This document shows, one piece after another, positions 51,307 through 61,115 of a DNA stretch of 64,000 bases. Position 1 is the first letter of the stretch. Every line of letters begins with the position of its first letter. Position numbers and translations under genes: made by a program. The notes below the pieces were generated by a model. The model saw only the letters and a list, made by a program, of their open reading frames with translations, ran no database searches and was not told where the DNA came from. Origin of the DNA: Phycisphaerae bacterium (GTDB lineage: Bacteria > Planctomycetota > Phycisphaerae > UBA1845); assembly GCA_963666835.2 (NCBI GenBank), contig CAXXGO010000001.1, forward strand, positions 96,001 through 160,000, read 5' to 3'.

Positions 51307-51778
51307 CGGCCACCTGTGGCCAAGCAGGGCATTGCCGCACACCGGCGGATGGCGACCAGATTGCCGGGGGCGCGGGGGCGTCCCGCGGAGCGGTGGATTC
51401 ACTCTTGCATGCCCCGGCCGGCGCCAAACGCGCTTCGCAGACCAGGCTCACCGAAGCAGCCGCGCAGCGCCACCATAGGTTCGGGTGGTACCCTCCCAGG
51501 TTATGGGTCAAACGCAGGGCGAGCTATGGTCCGCCTCAATCCGAACGACGGTACGCCATTTGCCAGAGGTCGGCCGTGTGGCGTACCGCGACGTCTTCAG
51601 TCTCGCTAGCTTGTTGCGGCACCCCGTTATGTTGTGCAGTAACGGTGTTCGGTGAAGTGCGCAGTGCCGGATGGAGTTCGCCACGGTTGCGAGGCAAGGC
51701 GGCTTGACCCCGGTGTTTCACGGGCCACAATTGCTCGTTTATTCTCGACATAGAAGCCCTGATTAAAGGAGCGCGCTA

Positions 51779-52774
51779 GTGACGAAACGAGTCCTAATCA
51801 TCGATGACGAGCCCGAAATCCGCAGGAACCTGACGGTGGGACTCGCGCAGGAGGGGTTCACCTGCACCGCTTGCCCGGACGGGATCTCGGCAATCCACGA
51901 GCTGCACAGCTCGCGCGAGAAGGGGGTCGGGTACGACTATCTGATTACCGATATTTTCATGCCCGACATTGACGGGCTGAAGATCCTCAAGGTTATCAAG
52001 AGCGAGTTCCCGCAGCTTCCCGTGCTGGTGATTACCGGGTTCGGAAACGAGCTTCTCGAGCAGACGGCTCTGGCCGAGCAGAACACCGGCTTTCTGGACA
52101 AGCCGTTCGAGATGCCCGAACTCGTGGAGGCCCTGGAGAAGCTGGCGCCCTCGGGGACGACTGCAGATGCTCCGGTTATGGAAGGCGCCGCGGAAGCGGG
52201 CAAGATCCGCGAGTCGGTCAGCTCGTACATCACTCTCCGGGTCACGGACACCGCGAAGGACATGGAAGCGTATCGGACGCTTTACGACATGGAGGGCATC
52301 ACCTCGTGTGATGCGGTCAACGGTGATGTTGACATCATTCTGCTGGCCGGTGCGGAGTCGGTAGAGGCTCTCCAGAAGGTCTACGACAAGGTTCGGGCGG
52401 TGGACGGCGTCGAGATTGTGTCCTTGTCGGCCGTTGAGCGTCCGAAGCTCGACCGCGACGTTGAACAGTTCATCGATGTTTATAAGAAGGTTGTGAAAGA
52501 GAAGGCTCAGAGCAACCTCCCGCGGATTCGCGGTACGAAGAGCTATGTGATCGTGGATATCGATCGAAACTCGATTCAGCAGGTATTCACGACGCTCTTC
52601 TTCCTGGACGAGATTTTCTTCTGCGACGTGGTGGACGACGGGACGAAGCTCATCGGGATCATTTCCGAGAGCGGCGCCTTCGGCAAGACGCCCAAGATCG
52701 TCGAGAAACTGTCCTTGATAGACGGGGTGCTCCGCGTCAAGGACGCCAAGATAATCAACCTGTTGGATACGTAG
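51779..52774 (+). CDS. Response regulator receiver fused to two Lrp/AsnC-type ligand-binding-like domains
   Basis: VLIIDDE, TDIFMPDIDG, ITGFG, DKPF; C-terminal repeats (CDAVNGDVDIIL...VDGV; CDVVDDG...IDGV); no HTH. Confidence 0.8.
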   Translation: MTKRVLIIDDEPEIRRNLTVGLAQEGFTCTACPDGISAIHELHSSREKGVGYDYLITDIFMPDIDGLKILKVIKSEFPQLPVLVITGFGNELLEQTALAEQNTGFLDKPFEMPELVEALEKLAPSGTTADAPVMEGAAEAGKIRESVSSYITLRVTDTAKDMEAYRTLYDMEGITSCDAVNGDVDIILLAGAESVEALQKVYDKVRAVDGVEIVSLSAVERPKLDRDVEQFIDVYKKVVKEKAQSNLPRIRGTKSYVIVDIDRNSIQQVFTTLFFLDEIFFCDVVDDGTKLIGIISESGAFGKTPKIVEKLSLIDGVLRVKDAKIINLLDT

Positions 52775-52877
52775 GATTGCGGTCCGAAGATCGTGGCTTG
52801 CGGGGAATGCGGTCGCTTCGTCGTTACGAGTTCAGCCGGTCGGGTTTTCTGTCGGCTGAAGCGGGCTGTATGGGGGA

Positions 52878-53384
52878 ATGGTGACTACTATGAAGGAAGC
52901 CGATTTTGCCTACCGTCTCTGGCGCCATGACGGCGCTCCCGGAGAGCTGATTCCGCTTTTGCAATCGGCGCAAGAGCATTTCGGCTACATCCCCCGGCGC
53001 GCTATCAAGTACATCTCGGGGGTAACGAACACTCCCGAGTCGACGATCTACGGCGTCGTCACCTTCTACAGCCAGTTTCGCCTGCAACCGATGGGCAAGT
53101 ATCAACTCCGGCTCTGTTGCGGGACGGCCTGCCATGTGGCTAACGCGCCCATGCTCCTCGACACGTTGCGCGACGAACTCGGTGTCGAAGAGAACGGAAC
53201 CACCGAGGACGGCCTGTTCACGCTCTTTACGGTGGCTTGTCTGGGCTGCTGTTCCCTCGCCCCGGCCATGATGATAAACGACGAGACCTACGGCAAGCTG
53301 ACGCCGGCGGAAGTCCGGAAGATCATCCGTAAGATCCGCCGCGAAGAGAACAAGAAGGCCACGAAAGAAGGAACCGCCGCCTAG
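52878..53384 (+). CDS. nuoE: NuoE/HydC-like [2Fe-2S] subunit (StnA-like)
   Basis: LIPLLQ.AQ..FGY, VVTFYSQF, CCGTACH, ACLGCCSLAP. Confidence 0.92.
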   Translation: MVTTMKEADFAYRLWRHDGAPGELIPLLQSAQEHFGYIPRRAIKYISGVTNTPESTIYGVVTFYSQFRLQPMGKYQLRLCCGTACHVANAPMLLDTLRDELGVEENGTTEDGLFTLFTVACLGCCSLAPAMMINDETYGKLTPAEVRKIIRKIRREENKKATKEGTAA

Positions 53385-53664
53385 AGAGTCATACGCAGCG
53401 GCGTCTTTGCGTTTCTGCGGGTGTCAAAAGGGGCTCGAGCTTGATTTGCCCCTCGGGGGGAGCATTCTGGAGAGTCACCCGTGGCCAAGCGGAGTATTGT
53501 GCCGACGAAGTTGACCGGATGTTGTCGATCAACGGTCTCACGACGGGCGCTTCTCTTTGGTTCTGTAGCAGAACCACGGACAGAGTAAGCCGCCGTTGTC
53601 GAGCCGGGGCCTCGTCGGTTGCAGCGGAAGGCCACACCGAGCCTTCAATAGAACGGAGAAACCA

Positions 53665-55440
53665 ATGGCGAAGATATTGGTCGGCATGAGCACCTGCGGT
53701 CTTTCCGCCGGAGCGCGTGACACGTACGCGGAGTTCCAGAAGCTTCTTGCGGACGATGCTGCCCACGAGTTGACGTTCACCGGGTGCATAGGAATGTGCT
53801 ACCGCGAGCCGCTGGCCGAGGTGCGGGAAGACGGCAGACGGACAATCTACGGTGATGTCGATCGAGCCCGGGCGCGAGAGATCGTCGATCAGCACGTCAA
53901 AGCCGGCAAGGTTATTGAGGACTACGTGGTCTACACCGAGGAGGACTCGGGTGCGAAGGGCGGAGCGGAAGAGGCATTCCTGGCCCAGCAAAGCCGCATC
54001 GTGCTGCGCAACTGCGGGGTAATCAACCCGGAGTCGCTGGACGAATATATTGCATCGGGCGGCTACCAGGCCATCCGCAAAGCCCTTACGTCAATGACTC
54101 CCGAGCAGATTATCGAGGAGGTCAAGGAGTCCGGGCTGCGGGGTCGCGGGGGGGCGGGTTTCCCGACCGGCATCAAATGGTCCTTCGCGGCCGGCAACAA
54201 GGCTGACCGTAAATACGTGGTCTGTAACGCCGACGAGGGTGACCCGGGGGCGTTCATGGATCGGTCCGTTCTGGAAGGTGATCCGCACGCGGTTATCGAG
54301 GGGATGCTGATCTGCGGCAGGGCCATCGGGGCGAATTTCGGTTACATCTACTGCCGAGCTGAGTATCCCCTGGCGATTAAGAGGCTGCAGATAGCAATAG
54401 AGGCTATCCGCGAGAAGGGCTATTTGGGCAAGAACATCCTCGGCACTGGTTTCGATTTCGAGATCACAATCAAGCAAGGTGCCGGAGCCTTCGTCTGTGG
54501 CGAAGAGACTGCTCTTTTCGCCTCTATTGAAGGCGAACGCGGTATGCCGCGGATCAGGCCGCCCTTCCCGGCGGAAAAAGGGGTCTGGGGTAAGCCGACC
54601 AATAACAACAACGTCGAGACCTATGCGAATATCCCGTGGATTATCGTCAACGGGGCTGCCGCGTACCGTAAGTACGGAACGGAGAAGTCGCCCGGCACGA
54701 AGGTGTTCGCCCTGGCCGGCAAGGTCGCCAACGGTGGTCTGGCCGAGGTGCCGATGGGGACTTCGATCGAGGAACTGGTGTTCCGGATTGGCGGGGGGAT
54801 CAAGGGCGGGCGGAAGTTCAAGGCCGTGCAGATGGGCGGGCCGTCCGGCGGGTGCATCCCCGAGCATCTCAAGGAGACCCCGGTCGACTTCGAGCATATT
54901 CCCCAGACCGGGGCCATTATGGGCTCCGGCGGAATGGTGGTTCTGGACGACAGCACGTGCATGGTGGACATCGCCCGCTTCTTCCTTGATTTCACCCAGA
55001 AGGAATCTTGCGGAAAGTGTACGTTCTGCCGGATCGGTACCAAGAGAATGTTGGAGACGCTCGAGCGGATTACCAGCGGCGAGGGTCGGCCGGAGGATAT
55101 CGAGAATCTGCAGCACGTTGCTCACCAGATCAAGCAGGCGACCTTGTGCGGACTGGGCCAGACCGCGCCGAACCCGGTACTGACGACCATAAACTACTAT
55201 CGGGATGAGTATGAGTCCCACATAAACGACCGGAAGTGTCCGGCCGGCAACTGTGCCGCGCTTGTCTCTTTCAATATCGACCCGGAGAAATGCACGGGCT
55301 GCACGCTCTGTGCGAAGGCCTGCCCGGTGGGTGCTATTACCGGGGAACGGAAGCAGGTGCACGTCATTGATGACGACAAGTGCGTCAAGTGCGGAAAGTG
55401 CATTACCTCGTGTAACTTCGATGCCGTCTTTAAGGCTTAG
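53665..55440 (+). CDS. nuoF: NuoF/HydB-like FMN/NADH-binding subunit with N-terminal thioredoxin-like [2Fe-2S] and C-terminal 2x[4Fe-4S] (StnB-like)
   Basis: GMSTCG..GCIGMC, GLRGRGGAGFPTG, CNADEGDPGAFMDR, GAFVCGEET, ESCGKCTFCR, two terminal ferredoxin motifs. Confidence 0.93.
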   Translation: MAKILVGMSTCGLSAGARDTYAEFQKLLADDAAHELTFTGCIGMCYREPLAEVREDGRRTIYGDVDRARAREIVDQHVKAGKVIEDYVVYTEEDSGAKGGAEEAFLAQQSRIVLRNCGVINPESLDEYIASGGYQAIRKALTSMTPEQIIEEVKESGLRGRGGAGFPTGIKWSFAAGNKADRKYVVCNADEGDPGAFMDRSVLEGDPHAVIEGMLICGRAIGANFGYIYCRAEYPLAIKRLQIAIEAIREKGYLGKNILGTGFDFEITIKQGAGAFVCGEETALFASIEGERGMPRIRPPFPAEKGVWGKPTNNNNVETYANIPWIIVNGAAAYRKYGTEKSPGTKVFALAGKVANGGLAEVPMGTSIEELVFRIGGGIKGGRKFKAVQMGGPSGGCIPEHLKETPVDFEHIPQTGAIMGSGGMVVLDDSTCMVDIARFFLDFTQKESCGKCTFCRIGTKRMLETLERITSGEGRPEDIENLQHVAHQIKQATLCGLGQTAPNPVLTTINYYRDEYESHINDRKCPAGNCAALVSFNIDPEKCTGCTLCAKACPVGAITGERKQVHVIDDDKCVKCGKCITSCNFDAVFKA

Positions 55441-55449
55441 GACCCGAAG

Positions 55450-58400
55450 ATGAATACCGTAGCAATAGAAGTAAACGGAAAGTCGGTTAAGGCAAGACCG
55501 GGCCAGACGATCCTCGAAGTAGTCGAAGAACAGAAGTTGGATGATATTCCAACGCTGTGCCATTCGCCGGAGCTCAAGCCGTACGGTTCGTGCTTTGTGT
55601 GCGTGGTGGAAGTGGAAGGCCGGCCGACGCTAGTGCCATCGTGCGCTACCAAGATAGCCGAAGGAATGAAGATCAAGACCAATACGCCCCGTGTGCGCGA
55701 GTCGCGCAAGACGGCGTTCGAGTTCCTGCTATCCAACCACTATGCCGATTGCGTGTCACCGTGCAATCAGGGGTGCCCGGCCGGGGTCGATGCTCAGGGT
55801 TACATTGCCTTGGCGGCGATGGGTGAACACCGCAAGGCTGTGGATTTGGTTCGCCGGGCCAACCCTCTGCCGGCCGTGTGCGGGCGAATCTGCGTGCGCA
55901 AGTGCGAGGTGGTCTGTCGGCGACAGGATGTTGAAGAACCGGTGGCGATCAACCACATCAAGCGCTTCATTACCGACATGCCGGACGCCTACACCGGGAC
56001 TCCCGAACGTGAAGAGCCGAAGGGCAAGACCGTCGGCATCGTCGGCGCCGGACCGGCGGGGCTGACGGCCGGCTGGTTCCTGGGGCTGAAGGGCTACGAC
56101 GCGGTTGTGTATGAGAACATGCCGGCGGCCGGCGGGATGCTTCGTTACGGTATTCCGGAGTACCGATTGCCCAAGGCCGACCTCGATCGCGAGATCGAGT
56201 ACATCACCCGGGCCGGGGTCGAGATCAAATGCGGGACGAACATTGCCAAGGAAGCTACGGTTGACGAGCTAATGAAAAGGCACGCGGCCGTGTTCCTCTC
56301 GCCGGGGGCTTGGGGCGGCAAGGCGATGCGCGTCGAGGGTGAGTTCGATACGGAGGGGGTAGTCTCCGGGGTCGAGTATCTGATCGAGAAGGCCCAGAAG
56401 CCGGAGCCGGTGTCCGGAACGGTCGTGGTGGTCGGTGGTGGCAACACGGCCATGGACGCGGCGCGGACCTCGTGGCGTCTGGGAGCGTATAAGGTCATCA
56501 TCGTCTATCGCCGAACCAAGGCGGAGATGCCGGCGGATGAGCTGGAGATCGAAGACTGCCTGAAAGAGGGCATCGAGATTATGGAGCTGGTCGCTCCGGT
56601 GGGGGTCGTTCGGGACGGGAAGAAGCTGAAAGCGCTGCGGTGTATACGGATGCAGCTCGGCGAGCCGGATTCGTCCGGACGACGTCGTCCGGTGCCCAAA
56701 GAGGGAAGTGAATTCGACCTGCCTTGTGACCTTGCCATCTCCGCCATCGGGCAAACGCCTCTGGTTGAGGGCATGCTCGAAGGGATGAAGAGCCCGCCGG
56801 AGGTGTCGCGGTGGTCGACTCTCGATGTCGATACCGAGACGATGAAGACGAAAGTCGAAGGCCTGTTCGCGGGCGGTGACGCGGCCGACGACGGCCCGAC
56901 CGTGGTGATCGACGCCATTCGCGACGGACAGCGCGCCGCCAAGGCTATCCACGCCTACCTTTCCGGTGAAGAGCCGCCTAAGAAGCCCTTTGTGGTGAAT
57001 AAAGAGTTTTGGGCGAAGCCGGGTAAGCAGGAGCTTGGCGAGATTAAGCAAAGCCCGCGCCGGCACATGCACGAGATCCCCGTCGAGGAGCGGGCCGGTA
57101 GCTTCCGGGAAGTAGCCACCGGGTTTGAACATGAAGATACCATGCACGAGGCCGAAAGGTGCCTCTCGTGCGGGTGCGTTGCTTACGACTGGTGCAAGCT
57201 CCGCCGCTACGCGGAGCAGTACGACGTCGATATGGAGAAGTACAAGGGGTACGTCCGCAAGCACAAGGTAGATGACCGGCATCCATACCTGGTCTACGAC
57301 CCCAACAAGTGTGTTCTTTGCGCGCGGTGTATCCGCACGTGCGAGCGGGTCCTTCCGGTGGGAGCCCTCGGGCTGGTCAATCGCGGTTTCCAGGCGGAAG
57401 CGCGGCCGGCCATGGAGGACGCGCTCATCGACACGAGCTGCATCGCGTGCGGCAACTGCGTTGATGCCTGTCCGACCGGGGCACTTACGGTGAAGTTCCC
57501 CTTCCCCGGCCGGGCGTGCCTGGCCTTCGAAGAGACTGCGACCCGCTGTGCCCTCTGTTCGGTTGGCTGCGAGATCAAGGTCAAGAACTTCGGCGAAGAC
57601 CGTTACTTCATCGAGCCTTCCGGCAAGCCGGGGGCGTACCTCTGCTTCCAGGGGCGGTTTGTGAACGATTTATTCATCAACCGCAAGCGCCTGTTGAAGC
57701 CGATGGCTCGAGAGGGACTGACCCACGCCGAGACTACTTACCGCGATGCGTACGAGAAGGCGGTGGAGGGTCTCAAGAACGCCGCTGCGGAATACGGACC
57801 GGCGGCGGTGGCGGTGCTGGTCTCGCCGGAGCTGTCCAACGAGGAGATGTACCTGGCCTCGCGCATCGCCCGGGAGGGATTGGGCACGAACAACATCGCT
57901 TCGCTTTCGCTGATGGCCTCGGGGATGCCTTCCGGTGCCATGGATCAGTCACTCGGGTTCACGGCTTCTACGGCCGGGGTGGAGGCGTTGCGGGATTGCG
58001 ACCTGATATTCTGCAACAACACCGGCACGCAGGCGGATCAGCTTGTTTTGAGCGTGGAGATTCAAGAGGCCGCCAAGGCCGGGGCCAAGCTCGTTCTTTC
58101 GAAGTCTTCCGAGGATCCGCTTGACGTAATGGCCGATCTGAAGCTTGACCCGATTCGCGGGCGAGGTACCGCGCTGATTAACGGTATTATCCAATTGCTT
58201 ATCGAAGAGGGTTTCCTTGATCGGGGCAGGATCGAGACTATCCCGGGCGGTGAGGTCTTCCTTGAGGATACGCACGATTATTCGCTGGCGGTGACGGCCG
58301 CGCAGTCGGGGGTTATCGAAGACCGGATTCGCCAAGCCGCTGAGCTAATCAAGGCTGCCAAGAAGGTCGTGTTCGTTCATTCTCCCGATCGACCGCGAGA

Positions 58401-59166
58401 CCATGCGCCGGGCGATCTTCATGCGATGGCCAACCTTGCTCTGCTGCTGCGTTCGGCCGCGGGGATCGAGGCCGAGTTGGTTTTGGCTTATCAGGCCGGC
58501 AACGCGGCCGGAGTTGAAGTCTGCGGGGCGGATCCGGCGTTTATGCCGGGAAGAAAGCCGGTCACGGGCATTCCGGGGACTCGCAACCGGAGTGAGCTGC
58601 TGGCCGCCTTCTCCAGCGGGGCTATCAAGGCCGCTCTCGTTATCGGCGAAGATCCGATCCGCCACGATCGGACGGCGGCGTTGTTCAACTCCGTGGAGTT
58701 TCTTGCCGCGTGTGATTGGGCGGAGACGGAGACCACGCTGTTCGCGAATGTGGCGATTCCTTTGACGACGTATTTGGAGAGCGAGGGGACGCGCGTCAGC
58801 TTCCAGGGTGAGGTGATCGAGTTCAACGCGGCCGTTGGGGCGCCCAACGGGATCAAGACTTGGCACGTGCTTAAGAACCTCGCCGACCATCTTGGGGTAA
58901 AGGTCCCCGGAGTGTTCTCATCGATTTCCGCGAACCTTGCCAAGACCGTGAGGGCGAACCTGGCCGACCGCCTGCCGTTCTATTGGAATACCGGGCAGGC
59001 CCGGGCGTGGGACGGCAAGGGCGAGCTTACGGTGGCGGACGTTGCGACCGTTTCGTTCCCCGGGGCACCGGCCCTTACTCCGTGTGCCCAGCACAAGAAC
59101 GAGGTCCAGGAGATCGGTTTGAAGCACTACCGCGTGGGCTCAAAGGGAGTGCCGGCGGCGGGGTAA
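55450..59166 (+). CDS. Large subunit: [2Fe-2S] + GltD/NfnB-like FAD/NADPH domain + [4Fe-4S] + cofactor-less molybdopterin-oxidoreductase-like domain (StnC-like)
   Basis: PTLC..CFVCVV..PSC; CGRIC; GAGPAG; GGGNTAMDAAR; YRR; KCVLCARC, CIACGNC; CALCSVGC..LC. No Cys/Sec in the segment after NNI where FdhA carries its Mo ligand. Confidence 0.88.
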   Translation: MNTVAIEVNGKSVKARPGQTILEVVEEQKLDDIPTLCHSPELKPYGSCFVCVVEVEGRPTLVPSCATKIAEGMKIKTNTPRVRESRKTAFEFLLSNHYADCVSPCNQGCPAGVDAQGYIALAAMGEHRKAVDLVRRANPLPAVCGRICVRKCEVVCRRQDVEEPVAINHIKRFITDMPDAYTGTPEREEPKGKTVGIVGAGPAGLTAGWFLGLKGYDAVVYENMPAAGGMLRYGIPEYRLPKADLDREIEYITRAGVEIKCGTNIAKEATVDELMKRHAAVFLSPGAWGGKAMRVEGEFDTEGVVSGVEYLIEKAQKPEPVSGTVVVVGGGNTAMDAARTSWRLGAYKVIIVYRRTKAEMPADELEIEDCLKEGIEIMELVAPVGVVRDGKKLKALRCIRMQLGEPDSSGRRRPVPKEGSEFDLPCDLAISAIGQTPLVEGMLEGMKSPPEVSRWSTLDVDTETMKTKVEGLFAGGDAADDGPTVVIDAIRDGQRAAKAIHAYLSGEEPPKKPFVVNKEFWAKPGKQELGEIKQSPRRHMHEIPVEERAGSFREVATGFEHEDTMHEAERCLSCGCVAYDWCKLRRYAEQYDVDMEKYKGYVRKHKVDDRHPYLVYDPNKCVLCARCIRTCERVLPVGALGLVNRGFQAEARPAMEDALIDTSCIACGNCVDACPTGALTVKFPFPGRACLAFEETATRCALCSVGCEIKVKNFGEDRYFIEPSGKPGAYLCFQGRFVNDLFINRKRLLKPMAREGLTHAETTYRDAYEKAVEGLKNAAAEYGPAAVAVLVSPELSNEEMYLASRIAREGLGTNNIASLSLMASGMPSGAMDQSLGFTASTAGVEALRDCDLIFCNNTGTQADQLVLSVEIQEAAKAGAKLVLSKSSEDPLDVMADLKLDPIRGRGTALINGIIQLLIEEGFLDRGRIETIPGGEVFLEDTHDYSLAVTAAQSGVIEDRIRQAAELIKAAKKVVFVHSPDRPRDHAPGDLHAMANLALLLRSAAGIEAELVLAYQAGNAAGVEVCGADPAFMPGRKPVTGIPGTRNRSELLAAFSSGAIKAALVIGEDPIRHDRTAALFNSVEFLAACDWAETETTLFANVAIPLTTYLESEGTRVSFQGEVIEFNAAVGAPNGIKTWHVLKNLADHLGVKVPGVFSSISANLAKTVRANLADRLPFYWNTGQARAWDGKGELTVADVATVSFPGAPALTPCAQHKNEVQEIGLKHYRVGSKGVPAAG

Positions 59167-59497
59167 CGGTTCAGAACGATCGGCGGGGCGGGGCCGCGCT
59201 TGCCCTACGGGGGGTGGTATGGATCAACTTGTTGACCCGTGGAGCAAACGCGGTCCGCGGGGGTGAACGCTCCCCGCTTGTTGATCACGGTCACAGCAAA
59301 GACTAACCTTGACGGGGTTGGGGTGTTGTTCAACCCGTTTCGGGGTTGGTCTGAGAAGGGGGTTTGTGACGCAGGGTGGCAGTGAAGCGGCTGCGGCGCG
59401 TCGTTTACCCTGGGCTTTGTTGTGAAACGCCTACCTTCCTGACATATGTCCACCCGGGTACCTTGGTAACGGACTTCGGGACTTGGGAGGACTACGC

Positions 59498-60349
59498 ATG
59501 GGGCTGCGGAACAAGAAGAAGGAGAGGCTTGAGCGTCTTGACTCGAAGACACTGGATGCCAAGTTTTTGCACGAAATCAAGCACGGACTCCATTGTTCGC
59601 CATTCGAGGCCGAGGCGGTTCTCGATGTGGTCAAGGAAGTTTACTTCCCGTACCTCGATGAACACGCCGGCAAGGCCCCACCTGGCAAGATTGGCTTGGT
59701 CGTCGTCGACGCCGACGAGCCTGCCGGGAAACCCGTCTGCGAATGCCAGAAGCAGAACGTGTGCCTGACAATCCACCGAGGTGCAGAGGATGATCGACTT
59801 CTGGAGGAGGAGGGGCCGGTCGGCTTTCGACAAGCCCGCATCCCACCGCTTTGCCAAGAAGCCCTGAGTCAAGGTGGGCTGCTCACGCGCGAAGATCTGG
59901 CCTACCGGATGTTCTTTGTTACGCCACGAACCATTACGCGCGATTTGAACGCTCTCCGGAGTGCGTATCCCGGGGTGCTTATTCCTCTGCGAGGAATCGT
60001 ACACGATCTTGGTCCCGTGTTGACTCATCGCAGCCAAATCGTGCGTTTGGCTCTGGAGGGAAAGACGACCTCACAGATCTGCACCATGCTTCGCCATTCA
60101 CCGGCGGCTGTAGCGAACTACGTCTCGACATTCACCCGTTGTGCGCAGTTGGCAAAGAAAGGTATGCAGGTCGGGCAAATCGCCTTCCTTCTGCGGAGAG
60201 GCAAGCGGTTGGTACAACAGTACCTTGATCTCCTCGACGAATGCGCGGTCGACAAGAACATGGGCTATCACCTGGAAGAACTGATGCGCCTGGGTTGTTG
60301 TGGCGGGGGGAAAAAGGGACACGGTGAAGAGGGAAGATCCGATGGGTAA
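59498..60349 (+). CDS. DUF1670-type protein A
   Basis: GGAGG RBS; EALSQGGLLTREDL, RTITRDL HTH, PLRG..HDLGP.LTH, HSPAAVANY. Confidence 0.8.
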   Translation: MGLRNKKKERLERLDSKTLDAKFLHEIKHGLHCSPFEAEAVLDVVKEVYFPYLDEHAGKAPPGKIGLVVVDADEPAGKPVCECQKQNVCLTIHRGAEDDRLLEEEGPVGFRQARIPPLCQEALSQGGLLTREDLAYRMFFVTPRTITRDLNALRSAYPGVLIPLRGIVHDLGPVLTHRSQIVRLALEGKTTSQICTMLRHSPAAVANYVSTFTRCAQLAKKGMQVGQIAFLLRRGKRLVQQYLDLLDECAVDKNMGYHLEELMRLGCCGGGKKGHGEEGRSDG

Positions 60350-61115
60350 GCCGCGAGACACCAACAGCAGAAGATACAGTCCCCTGCAGGCGAAAACGCT
60401 GAGAAACGTGTTGGCTCACCGCATCGAAACGGAGTTTCCACGCATAGGCGGCCCACGGATTCGCAACCTGTGCGCAGAGATGATCCTTGAGGTCATCGGT
60501 GCCCACGTTCTCCCGAAGGAGCATATCCAACATGGTCAGATACTCTGGATGGCGATCAGCAGCGCAGATCCCCCGAGTCAGCGTCGACGGATTGAGGATA
60601 CCGATCTGCTTCCGGTGGTCTTGGACGTGAGTACCTTCGAGGATATCGAGATGCGTTTGCAGAAGAAGGGACGTGGAGAGTTGCTCTTACAAAAGAGCTT
60701 GAGGTTATGCCGGCAGGCGTACGAACAAGGGGGCGTTCTGTCCAACTCTGATCTCTCGGAGTTGTTAGCAGTCAATGCGTCGGACGTCTCGCGATTGTTG
60801 GCGGCGTACGAACGCGAGACCGGTCAGATCGTCCCACGTCGCGCTACTGTCCACGATGTCGGCACAGGGCTTACGCACAAACGGATCATCTGTTTCAAAC
60901 ATTACGCAGAAGGCAAAGCGGCTAACGAAGTGGCTCGGGAAACGTACCACAGCCTTGAGGCTGTGGATCGTTACCTGGGCCAGTACGATCGCGTCCGCCA
61001 CTGCCATCTTCAGGGGCTGACGGCAAAGGAGACAGCCCATGCTTTAGGTTGCAGCATCTTCCTGGTTCAGGAGTACCTGGAGATCGATCATGAGTTGGAG
61101 GGCCAGCATGCTTGA
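60342..61115 (+). CDS. DUF1670-type protein B (paralogue of A)
   Basis: QAYEQGGVLSNSDL, PRR..HDVG.GLTHK, HSLEAVDRY, LVQEY; overlaps the stop of A. Confidence 0.8.
   Translation: MGKPRDTNSRRYSPLQAKTLRNVLAHRIETEFPRIGGPRIRNLCAEMILEVIGAHVLPKEHIQHGQILWMAISSADPPSQRRRIEDTDLLPVVLDVSTFEDIEMRLQKKGRGELLLQKSLRLCRQAYEQGGVLSNSDLSELLAVNASDVSRLLAAYERETGQIVPRRATVHDVGTGLTHKRIICFKHYAEGKAANEVARETYHSLEAVDRYLGQYDRVRHCHLQGLTAKETAHALGCSIFLVQEYLEIDHELEGQHA

Noticed and set aside
53385..53664. 280-bp gap between nuoE-like and nuoF-like genes as a MITE or small gene
   Set aside because: I could not identify terminal repeats, a target duplication or a convincing ORF.
55450..59166. Formate dehydrogenase alpha subunit or selenoprotein
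   Set aside because: There is no in-frame TGA, no Cys/Sec Mo ligand and no evident C-terminal molybdopterin dinucleotide-binding domain.
60305..60315. GGGGGGAAAAA slippery run near the end of DUF1670 gene A
   Set aside because: Gene B is in the +1 frame, not -1, and has its own ATG overlapping the stop of A, so an IS-type -1 frameshift does not fit.
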